Assembly (NCBI GenBank): GCA_002898575.1
Contig: BEHT01000014.1
Coordinates: forward strand, 6,480 to 70,479
Length of the DNA stretch: 64,000 bases
Direction: 5' to 3'
Source: Candidatus Fervidibacter japonicus
GTDB lineage: Bacteria; Armatimonadota; Fervidibacteria; Fervidibacterales; Fervidibacteraceae
Shown here: piece after piece, positions 28,589 to 37,241 of the stretch
Layout: each line of letters begins with the position of its first letter
How positions within the stretch are numbered: the stretch's first letter is position 1
The notes under the pieces: generated by a model
What the model was told of the DNA's origin: nothing
What the model saw: the letters and a program-made list of their open reading frames with translations, nothing else
The model's database searches: none
Made by a program: the position numbers and the translations under genes

Positions 28589-28710
28589 TGCCACCGCCGC
28601 AAAGGGCGCAGGCTGACACCAAAAGCCTTCGGGCATCACGCTCGTCGTAGGATGCGACCTGCTGTGACCTAAACTAAGCGACACGGTTACTGCGTGGACG
28701 GTGAAGGCGT

Positions 28711-29184
28711 GTGCCGAAAGTGTTGGAAGGGCAATTGACGGCGCAGGGATTGCGGTTTGCGATCGTCGTCAGTCGGTTCAACAGCCTTGTCACGCAACGG
28801 TTGTTGGACGGAGCACTGGACACATTGCGCCGTCATGGCGCAGACGACGACGCCATCGCCGTCGTGTGGGTGCCAGGGTCGTTTGAAATCCCGCTGGTCG
28901 CCCAGCGACTGGCGGAGAGTAAAGACTACGACGCCGTGATTTGCTTAGGCTGCATCATTCGGGGCGACACGCCGCACTTTGAATATGTCGCCAGCGAGGC
29001 GGCAAAAGGGATCGCCCAAGTGGCGCTGGCGACAGGCGTGCCGACGATTTTCGGCATCGTCACAGCGGACACTTTAGAGCAAGCGCTGGAACGCGCAGGG
29101 GCAAAAGCGGGCAATCGCGGCTCGGACGCAGCGATGACGGCGGTGGAAGTCGCCAACTTACTGCGGCAACTGAGCGGGCGGTGA
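28711..29184 (+). CDS. ribH: 6,7-dimethyl-8-ribityllumazine synthase
   Basis: [24 protein letters not shown] and GAKAGNRG motifs. Confidence 0.97.
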   Translation: MPKVLEGQLTAQGLRFAIVVSRFNSLVTQRLLDGALDTLRRHGADDDAIAVVWVPGSFEIPLVAQRLAESKDYDAVICLGCIIRGDTPHFEYVASEAAKGIAQVALATGVPTIFGIVTADTLEQALERAGAKAGNRGSDAAMTAVEVANLLRQLSGR

Positions 29185-29190
29185 ACCATT

Positions 29191-30399
29191 GTGAAAGGGC
29201 AAAACGCCGTGCGAAAAGCGTTGGCAGTTAGTTGGGTCGCTGTCGCAACGCTCGTTGCCTTGGGGACCTCGGCAAAGGAGGCGAGGGTCGTGCGGGAATG
29301 GTCGGTGCGGGTCAACAACGACGAGCAAACGGTGCGCGCCGCTGTGGTGACGGCGCCATTGCCCCCCGGCGTGACGGGCGCAGGGGCACAAGTCATCGGT
29401 GAGGACGGACGGGAACGCTCCGCCCAACTGGTCACGGCGGGAACGCCCTCCGTCGTTTGGCTGGAACCTGAGATGCCTGCCAGCACTGAGCGCACCTACC
29501 GCGTGCGGTTGACCGACCAAGCACCACCGCCTGCCATCACCTTGACGCTGCACGAGCAATGGGTGAGCGTGCAAGCCAACGGGCAACTATTCACCCGCTA
29601 CTACTTTGCCGGCTTTGCCAAGCCTTTCTGCTTTCCGCTACTGGGACCAAACGGTGAAGTGCTGACGCGGGGTTACCCCGTGGAGCCGCGCGAAGGGGAA
29701 AGCCGTGACCATCCGCACCACAAAGGCTTTTGGGTCGCCTACGGCGATGTCAACGGCGTGGATACATGGAGCGAAAGGGGCAAAATCGTCCACCAGGCTT
29801 TTGAGGTGCTGGAAAGTGGGGCAGTGTTTGGGCGGTTGCGGGCGCGCAACGCATGGTGCAGCGCCGACGGCAAAGTGCTGTGTCACGAAGAGCGCGAACT
29901 GCGTTTTTACGCTCTCCCGCATTTGCGTATGGTGGACTTGGAGTTGACCTTCACGGCAACTGACGGTGAGGTCGTGTTCGGCGACACCAAAGAAGGGTTT
30001 GTCGCCCTCCGCTTGCCTGACGAGTTGACGCTGACGCGAGGGACAGGGCACATTTTGAATGCGACGGGGCATCGCGACCGCGCAGCGTGGGGCAAACGGG
30101 CATCATGGTGCCTTTACTACGGGACGGTGCAAGGCAAGCCTGTTGCGGTGGCGTTCTTTGACCACCCGCAAAATCGCGGCTACCCGACGCCTTGGCATGT
30201 CCGCGACTACGGCTTGTTCGCCAACGGACCTTTTTGCCGCAAGGATTTCGGGTTGCCGCCAGAAGAGCCGGTGCGCCTTCCGCAGGGCGACCGGCTAACA
30301 CTCCGCTACCGTTTGGTGTTCCTTGATCGCCACCCGACGCCCCGCGAAGTGGACGAACTGTGGGCGGGGTTCGCCCGCACGCTACAAGTGACGGAGTGA
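29191..30399 (+). CDS. PmoA-like/DUF6807 family exported protein
   Basis: Signal peptide; [22 protein letters not shown] and WHVRDYGLF motifs. Confidence 0.75.
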   Translation: MKGQNAVRKALAVSWVAVATLVALGTSAKEARVVREWSVRVNNDEQTVRAAVVTAPLPPGVTGAGAQVIGEDGRERSAQLVTAGTPSVVWLEPEMPASTERTYRVRLTDQAPPPAITLTLHEQWVSVQANGQLFTRYYFAGFAKPFCFPLLGPNGEVLTRGYPVEPREGESRDHPHHKGFWVAYGDVNGVDTWSERGKIVHQAFEVLESGAVFGRLRARNAWCSADGKVLCHEERELRFYALPHLRMVDLELTFTATDGEVVFGDTKEGFVALRLPDELTLTRGTGHILNATGHRDRAAWGKRASWCLYYGTVQGKPVAVAFFDHPQNRGYPTPWHVRDYGLFANGPFCRKDFGLPPEEPVRLPQGDRLTLRYRLVFLDRHPTPREVDELWAGFARTLQVTE

Positions 30400-30461
30400 C
30401 ACAGCGCTCTGTTCTATCGGCGATGACACAATCGTCCGCTAGTGCAAAGGAGGCAACGATA

Positions 30462-30968
30462 ATGCAGACGGTCTTTCAGGGCAGAGCCCACAAATTCGGC
30501 GACAACATTGACACCGACATTATCATCCCCGCTCGCTACTTGGTGACGACGGACCCGGCGGAGTTAGCAAAGCACTGCATGGAAGCCATCGCCCCAGATT
30601 TTTCGCAACGGGCACAGCCAGGTGACATCATCGTGGCGGGCGAAAATTTTGGCTGCGGTTCGTCACGGGAACATGCCCCCCTCGCGATCAAAGGCTTGGG
30701 CATCAGTTGCGTCATTGCCAAAAGTTTCGCCCGCATCTTTTACCGCAACGCTTTCAACATCGGACTGCCCGTGCTGGAGTGCCCGGAAGCAGCGGAGGAC
30801 ATCGGCGACGGCGACACCGTGGAAGTGGACATTGAGACAGGCGTCATCCGCAACCTGACGACAGGGCGCACTTACCAAGCCATGCCCATTCCCGAGTTTA
30901 TGCGCCAGATCTTGCAAGCAGGTGGGCTCATCAACTATGTCCGACATAAATTGGGCGTAGCGCCTTAG
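30462..30968 (+). CDS. leuD: 3-isopropylmalate dehydratase small subunit
   Basis: [26 protein letters not shown] and [16 protein letters not shown] motifs. Confidence 0.95.
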   Translation: MQTVFQGRAHKFGDNIDTDIIIPARYLVTTDPAELAKHCMEAIAPDFSQRAQPGDIIVAGENFGCGSSREHAPLAIKGLGISCVIAKSFARIFYRNAFNIGLPVLECPEAAEDIGDGDTVEVDIETGVIRNLTTGRTYQAMPIPEFMRQILQAGGLINYVRHKLGVAP

Positions 30969-30998
30969 GAACGCACCCGAAGCGAGGTGGCAACGACG

Positions 30999-32816
30999 AT
31001 GCTGCGGCTGTGGACGGCGTTGGCAGCCATCACAGCCTTGGGCGCGATAGCGCACGCGCAGAAAGACATCTTGCGGGACATCGCCCGTGCCCTGAAGGAA
31101 CCCAAGCCGGTGGCAGAGGTGCTGGCGCGTCGCCCCATCGCGGTCGTCGCTAACGATGAGACGGTGTTCAACTTGTTCCGCAGTTTTCTCCCCACTGTCC
31201 ATCAGGTGGAATTCGTGCCCCTGTCCGCCCTCGCAGAGCGGGCAGATGAGTTGGCAAAAAGGGACGGTCACATCGTTATCGTCGTGGATCGGGCGCGCGG
31301 CGATTTCCCCCTTGAACAGCGCCATTGGGTGCCTTACGACCTGACCCTCGTGCGCCGACAAGATGTTGTCGTCGCGGCGACGGTAGAGCCCGACGGGCGG
31401 GTGCGGGCGTTTCTTTCGGCACCGTCCTTTCACGCCTTAAAAGAGGCAGTGGAGCGTTTCGCCACCCGCAAAATCCGTGAGGTGCGCGATTTGCAAGGGC
31501 AGCAAGCAAGCCCCGTGCCCCTCTGCGTCGTTGTCACCAACGCCGGACGGGACATCCTGAACGCTTTCGCGGAGCGGGCGCCCGTTGATTTTGTGTGGGT
31601 GACGCCCGATGACCTTGACCGCGTTCGTGACTTGCTGGTCACTGAGACGGAAATTTACCTGCTGGTCCCACCCGTCTCGGAGACGGTGCGAACGCGGTTG
31701 CCCTTCAACTTGACACTGTTGGCGCCAAATCAAAGCGTTGCCGTGCGCAGAAACAAAGGCGGCAATTACTGGCAGGTGCTGCTTTACGGCTCGTTTCCCG
31801 ACGCCTTGCGCGGGCTGCTGCATCGGTTCGCAGATCCCCTGAGCGTGCCGGAGCGCCCGCTTGTCATCACACACCCGGTTGTCACCGTCCCGCAACGGTT
31901 GTTGGTCGTGCCCTTCGGCGACATCAACATCTACCGTGACCGTGTCGGCGACTTCGCCTCGCAAGTCTTTCGTGCGGTGCAAGGGGCAGGCCTTGCCGCT
32001 GAGACGCTGACAGTGGCGAAACCGCCTGAACCTTTGCTGGACTGGCGCCCCTTCCAAGACGGCACGGCAGAAGCCAAACACATCGCCGCTTTGGCGAAAC
32101 AGCACGGCGCAGGGTTGGTGCTGATAGGACGGCTGCTGGACTTTGACACACAAACAACGCGTCGGCAGGAACTGTCTAGCCGCCCCAGCCCAGCGGCGGA
32201 CCGGCGCATTTGGGAAGTGAAAACGGTGCGGACGGAACGGGTCATTGCCCGGCTGCAAGCTCGCCTGCACGATGGGGCGACGGGTGAAACGCTGTGGACG
32301 CGGACGCTGGAAGGCGTCGCCGAAAAGCAAACGGTAGAAAACACCCGCCAGACGGAAGCCGCTCAACCGCCCCTGCTGGACCCGGAACGGCGATCCCTAT
32401 TCGTTTATGACGATCGCCTCTACGCTGCCGCCGCCACCGCTGCTGTTGCCGAGTTGATAGAGGCGCTGAGAACAGAGATTGCGTGGCAGGGAGCAAACAT
32501 GCCAACGCCGACCGCCGTCGCCACGGCACCGATACCTACTGATACCGACGGTCTCGTCGGGCAAGTGGAAACGCTGCCGGATGGCACCGTTGTCCTTTAC
32601 TTGGACATCGGCGCCAACCAAGGGCTCAAGGTCGGTGACTTGCTGCAAATCTACCGCGTGGTTACGGTGAAGACCGAGCGTAAGACGGTGCAAGTGGAAG
32701 AGGAACTGGGGCGGGCAAAAGTCATCGCAGTGTTTGCCGAAGCCTGCAAGGCACAAATGGTGCCGCCCGTCGCGGGGCAGGTGACGCCGGGAGCCCGTGC
32801 ACGGCGCGTCCGCTAA
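30999..32816 (+). CDS. Exported hypothetical protein with CsgG/TolB-N-like and C-terminal FlgT-C-like domains
   Basis: Signal peptide; LLVVPFGD...AKQHGAGLVLIGRL...ARLHDGATGETLW; C-terminal YLDIGANQGLKVGDLL. The ORF is open from 30987. Confidence 0.65.
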   Translation: MLRLWTALAAITALGAIAHAQKDILRDIARALKEPKPVAEVLARRPIAVVANDETVFNLFRSFLPTVHQVEFVPLSALAERADELAKRDGHIVIVVDRARGDFPLEQRHWVPYDLTLVRRQDVVVAATVEPDGRVRAFLSAPSFHALKEAVERFATRKIREVRDLQGQQASPVPLCVVVTNAGRDILNAFAERAPVDFVWVTPDDLDRVRDLLVTETEIYLLVPPVSETVRTRLPFNLTLLAPNQSVAVRRNKGGNYWQVLLYGSFPDALRGLLHRFADPLSVPERPLVITHPVVTVPQRLLVVPFGDINIYRDRVGDFASQVFRAVQGAGLAAETLTVAKPPEPLLDWRPFQDGTAEAKHIAALAKQHGAGLVLIGRLLDFDTQTTRRQELSSRPSPAADRRIWEVKTVRTERVIARLQARLHDGATGETLWTRTLEGVAEKQTVENTRQTEAAQPPLLDPERRSLFVYDDRLYAAAATAAVAELIEALRTEIAWQGANMPTPTAVATAPIPTDTDGLVGQVETLPDGTVVLYLDIGANQGLKVGDLLQIYRVVTVKTERKTVQVEEELGRAKVIAVFAEACKAQMVPPVAGQVTPGARARRVR

Positions 32817-32818
32817 CG

Positions 32819-33847
32819 GTGCGCGTGAGGAGGGTCAACATCGCTTTGTCTCAGCGCCAGATCACCCGCGTTTTGGCGGTCATTATCGCTGCCTCGTCCG
32901 TCCTTCTTTGCATCATCATGGCGGCGTTCTACGCGCAACGCCCGGACATCGCAACGGCAGCCACGGTGTTTCCGGCGTGGGTGTGGGTGCTGCTGGGGGT
33001 TAGTCTGGCAGGCGCAGCAGCGCTTTGCGGGGCAAAGCGTTCGGCATTGGGCGTTACGGGATTGTGGCTGTTTTTCCTGCTACTTTTCGCCGAAGAGCCC
33101 CGCAGCCTGCTGCGCGATTGGTTTTCACTGACGCGTCAAGACCGCTGGGCAGCGGACCAAATGGTGCGGGTTATCACCTTCAACTGCCGGGGCAGCGCCG
33201 CTGCGTTGCGGGAGGTCGCCGTGTGGCGACCAGACATTGTGCTGGTGCAGGAAGGTTTGGGGCGGGAGGAAACGCAACAGGTGGCACGCTTGCTGTGCGG
33301 GACACGCGCCGCCACCCTTTGGAACGGCGACACCGCCATTCTGGCGCGGGGTGCCCTGCGCCCCGTGCCGACGCCTCGCCTGACAGGCGAATCGGTCACC
33401 CACGGACAAGTCCGACTTCCCAACGGCGTTTGGACGGATGTCGTCAGCCTGCACCTGATGCCTAACTTGGTGCGGTTGGACCTGTGGTCTACGGCGTGCT
33501 GGCGGGCTTACGCCGCTAACCGCAGAGCCCGACGGGACCAACTAAAGTCCATCGTCGCCCACTTGCGTGCCACTGTCTCTGCAGACGCACCCCTCATCGT
33601 TGGCGGTGACTTCAACGCCCCTGCAGGTGACTCGGTCTTTCGGCTGCTTACGCCTTGGCTGCACGACACTTTCGCTACCGCCGGTCGCGGTTGGGGCAAC
33701 ACTTTTCACAACGACTTTCCCGTCATCCGTATTGACCAAGTGTGGGTCAGCCGTCATTTTCGCCCGCTGCGTGTCACGGCGCATCCGTCCCGTTACTCCG
33801 ACCATCGGTTTGTCATTTGTGACCTCGTCGTTGCCACCCGCCGATAG
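32819..33847 (+). CDS. Membrane-anchored endonuclease/exonuclease/phosphatase family protein
   Basis: Three N-terminal TM segments, then TFNC, DIVLVQE, GGDFNA, RIDQVW and SDH motifs. Confidence 0.85.
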   Translation: MRVRRVNIALSQRQITRVLAVIIAASSVLLCIIMAAFYAQRPDIATAATVFPAWVWVLLGVSLAGAAALCGAKRSALGVTGLWLFFLLLFAEEPRSLLRDWFSLTRQDRWAADQMVRVITFNCRGSAAALREVAVWRPDIVLVQEGLGREETQQVARLLCGTRAATLWNGDTAILARGALRPVPTPRLTGESVTHGQVRLPNGVWTDVVSLHLMPNLVRLDLWSTACWRAYAANRRARRDQLKSIVAHLRATVSADAPLIVGGDFNAPAGDSVFRLLTPWLHDTFATAGRGWGNTFHNDFPVIRIDQVWVSRHFRPLRVTAHPSRYSDHRFVICDLVVATRR

Positions 33848-33850
33848 GCT

Positions 33851-33870
33851 AACTTTGCCCGGGCAATTTT
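33851..33870. promoter_or_regulatory. Candidate metal-responsive operator upstream of feoB
   Basis: AACT-TTGCCCGGGCAA-TTTT; perfect 12-bp palindromic core about 45 nt upstream of the start. Confidence 0.4.
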
Positions 33871-33915
33871 CGTAAAAGGAAATGGCGGAACCCAAGAACG
33901 ACTGGGGAGATGCCC

Positions 33916-34578
33916 ATGCCAGCGCCTTGCACGCAGTGCCCTACGCGACGACAGTCTATTGGGGCGCGCTTGGCAGAGTTGTGGAACCGATGGCGCCGGC
34001 GCCCGCTGGAAGCGACACCGCAGAAACGCGTGGCAATCGTCGGCAACCCTAATGTCGGCAAGAGTTTAGTCTTTAACCGTTTGACGGGCATCTATGTGAC
34101 GGTGTCCAATTACCCTGGCACGACGGTGGAAGTTTTTCGGGGGCGCACCTACATCCACGGCGTGCTTTACGAGGTCGTGGACACGCCGGGCATGTATTCG
34201 CTGCTGCCCAGCTCCGACGAGGAACGCGTCGCCCGTCGGCTGTTGTTTGAAGAACGCCCCGATGTCGTCGTCCATGTCGCTGACGCCAAAAACTTGGAAC
34301 GGATGCTCCCGCTGACAGTGCAGTTGCTGGAGGCGGGTTTCTCAGTGGTGTTGGCGTTGAATATGATGGACGAAGCCGAACGGCTAGGCTTGCGAGTAGA
34401 CACCGACAAACTGGCGGACTTGTTGGGCATCCCCATCACGCCCCTTGTCGCCACGCAAGGCAAGGGCATCGCTGAACTGAGGAGGGTCCTTCATGCGGTC
34501 GCTCACGGCGACCCCGCTGCGTTACGACCCGCGTCTAGAAGACGCGCTGAACCAGATCGTGCAGCGGCTGCAGGCTGA
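33916..34578 (+). CDS. feoB: FeoB GTPase domain (split gene or frameshifted N-half)
   Basis: VGNPNVGKS, VSNYPGTTVE, DTPG and LNMMDEA motifs; N-terminal CTQC. Confidence 0.88.
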   Translation: MPAPCTQCPTRRQSIGARLAELWNRWRRRPLEATPQKRVAIVGNPNVGKSLVFNRLTGIYVTVSNYPGTTVEVFRGRTYIHGVLYEVVDTPGMYSLLPSSDEERVARRLLFEERPDVVVHVADAKNLERMLPLTVQLLEAGFSVVLALNMMDEAERLGLRVDTDKLADLLGIPITPLVATQGKGIAELRRVLHAVAHGDPAALRPASRRRAEPDRAAAAG

Positions 34579-35965
34579 TTACGGCGTCAGCAAACGGGCT
34601 ATCGCCTTGTTGCTGTTGCAGGAAGACAGCGAGGTGGAAGCGTGGGTCGCCCAACGGGACGGTCCTGCCGTTTTAGAAGCCGTCAGGCGCATCGTCCGCG
34701 AAATGAAAGCGGGCGGTGAACGCAGCCCGCTGTATCGCATCATCACGACTCGCCAACGCTTCGCGGAAGCCGTTGCCCACCAAGTCCTAGACCACACCTT
34801 TGTGAAGCCTCGCACCTTCTCCGACTGGCTCAGCGACCTGCTCATTCACCCCCTCTGGGGTTCCCTCTTTTTGGCGGCGCTGCTTTACTTCGGCTTTTAC
34901 CAGTTTGTCGGCGTCCTCGCCGCCGGGACAGCCGTGGAGTTTTTGGAAGACACGGTTTTCGGCAAATATCTGCTCCCACCTATCGTCCGCTTCTTTGAGT
35001 GGCTTGTTCCCTTTGGATGGCTGCGCGACCTGTTTGTCGGCGAATATGGCATCTTCACGCTGGGCATCCGCTACGCGTTGGCGTTACTGCTGCCGATTGT
35101 CACGGCGTTTTTCCTGATGTTTTCGCTGGTGGAAGACAGCGGTTACTTCCCCCGCTTGGCGCTGTTGGTAGACCGCTTGTTTAAAGGCATCGGGTTATCG
35201 GGGCGGGCGGTTATCCCGATGGTGCTGGGGTTCGGGTGTGATACGATGGCAACGATGGTCACCCGCATTTTGGAAACCCGCCGAGAGCGCTTACTGGCAA
35301 CCCTGTTGCTGGCGTTAGCCATCCCATGCTCAGCGCAGTTAGGCGTTATCATGGCGACGGTCTCTAAGGTCAAAGGCGGTATCGCCGTTTGGGCATCGTT
35401 TGTGTTCGCCGTCTTCCTTTTGGTCGGCTACCTGACGGCGCGGCTGCTGCCAGGGGACCCTCCCCGCTTTTACATGGAAGTCGTGCCCCTGCGGTTGCCC
35501 CGTTTGGAAAATGTGCTGGTCAAAACTTGGACGCGGCTGCAGTGGTATCTATGGGAAGTGACCCCCCTGTTCATCGTCGCCAGCGTGCTCATTTGGCTGG
35601 GACGCATTACGCACCTTTTTGACTTGGTCATCGCAGTGCTGGCGTATCCCGTTCAATGGGTCGGGTTGCCGAAGGCTCTGGCGCCTGTCATCTTGTTTGG
35701 CTTCTTCCGCCGCGATTATGGGGCGGCGGGCTTGCTGGACATGGTGGACAAAGGCGCCATCGGCGGCATTGACCTAGTCGTCACCGCCATCATCCTGACG
35801 CTCTTCGTCCCCTGCATCGCCCAGTTTTTGATGATGGTGCGCGAACACGGATGGCGTGCCGCCCTCGTCATGGCAGGCTTCATCTTTCCCTTCGCCTTCT
35901 TCTGCGGCTTCCTTGCCAAACACCTGCTGCTGTGGCTGCATGCGGCAGGGTGGGTAGCAGGGTGA
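34493..35965 (+). CDS. feoB: FeoB membrane domain (ferrous iron transporter B)
   Basis: EDSGYFPR, LGFGCDT, IPCSAQLG, F.MEVVPLRLP and LFVPCIA motifs. Confidence 0.9.
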   Translation: MRSLTATPLRYDPRLEDALNQIVQRLQADYGVSKRAIALLLLQEDSEVEAWVAQRDGPAVLEAVRRIVREMKAGGERSPLYRIITTRQRFAEAVAHQVLDHTFVKPRTFSDWLSDLLIHPLWGSLFLAALLYFGFYQFVGVLAAGTAVEFLEDTVFGKYLLPPIVRFFEWLVPFGWLRDLFVGEYGIFTLGIRYALALLLPIVTAFFLMFSLVEDSGYFPRLALLVDRLFKGIGLSGRAVIPMVLGFGCDTMATMVTRILETRRERLLATLLLALAIPCSAQLGVIMATVSKVKGGIAVWASFVFAVFLLVGYLTARLLPGDPPRFYMEVVPLRLPRLENVLVKTWTRLQWYLWEVTPLFIVASVLIWLGRITHLFDLVIAVLAYPVQWVGLPKALAPVILFGFFRRDYGAAGLLDMVDKGAIGGIDLVVTAIILTLFVPCIAQFLMMVREHGWRAALVMAGFIFPFAFFCGFLAKHLLLWLHAAGWVAG

Positions 35966-35984
35966 CCGAGCGAGATGAGCCCTT

Positions 35985-36209
35985 ATGGCTAGCGACGAAC
36001 GCATCACTTGCCCGCTGTGCGGCTTTCAGTTTCACGAGCGCGACGCCCGTGCGACTGTATGCCAACAATGTCCGCTCAAAGGCGGTTGCGGCATCCTCAT
36101 CAAGTGCCCCAACTGCGGCTACGAAATGCCCTTGACGAAGGCGCCCGCTTGGATCGGCAATCTGCTAAGCAAACTGGGCAGTTGGATCAGCAAGGGGGGC
36201 AGCCGATAA
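35985..36209 (+). CDS. Small Cys-rich protein associated with feoB
   Basis: CPLCGF...CQQCP..GGC....CPNCGY (7 Cys); starts 19 nt after feoB with an SD-like sequence. Confidence 0.75.
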   Translation: MASDERITCPLCGFQFHERDARATVCQQCPLKGGCGILIKCPNCGYEMPLTKAPAWIGNLLSKLGSWISKGGSR

Positions 36210-36238
36210 GCCGCCCCCCGTCAAGTGAAATTGCAAAC

Positions 36239-37105
36239 TTAGCCGCAGGTCGGAATGTCCTCCAGCACGACATTCTGTGGCGCCCCACCGTTGACAGAGA
36301 CGCTGCCGACACCACAGGTGCCTGGGAAACTCCACAATTCGGTCGTGTTGTCGTAAGTGACATTCATCGTGCCACCGACAGGGAAGTCACAACCATCGGT
36401 AAAGCGTAGGTTCGTCATCACATAACTCAACTGCAGATCGCCGAGGACAGAACTGGTGTAAGTCCCATTGCCGCTTATGGTGAAGAAAGTCTCATCCGCA
36501 GCGAAGGCAATTGTGCCGTCAAAGAGCAGATGCTCAGTGCAGCCTTCGGCTTGATAGGTCAGGTCCAAAGACACATTGGCGGTTAGTGCGTTAATGACTT
36601 CAACGGTGAGTGTGCCGCTATGGGTTTCACCTTCCATAGTGAAGTTGTTGAACTGGAAGCCAATCGTGCCGCTGACAAGGTCACCCTCCGCATCTACCTG
36701 TGGATTACTGATGCTCATCGTGATAGAACCCTTGCCGAAATTACCGTCTTCATCCGTGCAGCCATTCCCGTAATCAAGGGTAATCACCCAAGGGTCAGGT
36801 GGCGGTTGGGTGAAGTCCGTCCAGTTCGTCGTGACCTGTGGACAGGTTGCCTGACGAGTTAATTTTCGCAAGCGGGATACAAAGCCTCGTCCGCCTTGCA
36901 CACCAATGGCTTGACTTAATACTCGCCCGAAAGCCTGGGAGGTCGCTTGAGTCACTTGCCGTGAACGAATTTGTTGCTGCGGTGCCGGTCTGCCCCCACC
37001 ACCGCCGCCGCATCCGTGAACGGCAAGTCCAGCGAGCACATAAACGACCAGCATCCCAACTAGCACCACCTCTGGCTGCCAACGCACAGCGAACCGTCCC
37101 AACAT
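36239..37105 (-). CDS. Hypothetical lipoprotein, beta-strand rich
   Basis: GGAGG SD before ATG 37105; hydrophobic leader ending LAVHGC then a Gly tract; T/D/G-rich body. Confidence 0.75.
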   Translation of the reverse strand: MLGRFAVRWQPEVVLVGMLVVYVLAGLAVHGCGGGGGGRPAPQQQIRSRQVTQATSQAFGRVLSQAIGVQGGRGFVSRLRKLTRQATCPQVTTNWTDFTQPPPDPWVITLDYGNGCTDEDGNFGKGSITMSISNPQVDAEGDLVSGTIGFQFNNFTMEGETHSGTLTVEVINALTANVSLDLTYQAEGCTEHLLFDGTIAFAADETFFTISGNGTYTSSVLGDLQLSYVMTNLRFTDGCDFPVGGTMNVTYDNTTELWSFPGTCGVGSVSVNGGAPQNVVLEDIPTCG

Positions 37106-37241
37106 CGCACAACACCTCCCTGCAAGGTCTCTCCTGCTGCAAGGATAACACAACTTTTTTTGTCAATAGAGTTACCCGGCTGTTTTTCATCAGCGCAGGC
37201 AGTGCCTACACCCCAATTTGTTCGCTACAATTCCGTCGGTG

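Noticed and set aside
28589-28710. FMN riboswitch upstream of ribH
   Set aside because: None of the conserved RFN sequence blocks are visible; only a small GCC-TTCG-GGC hairpin.
37142-37166. TTGACA...TATCCT promoter for the lipoprotein gene
   Set aside because: The spacer is only 13 nt.
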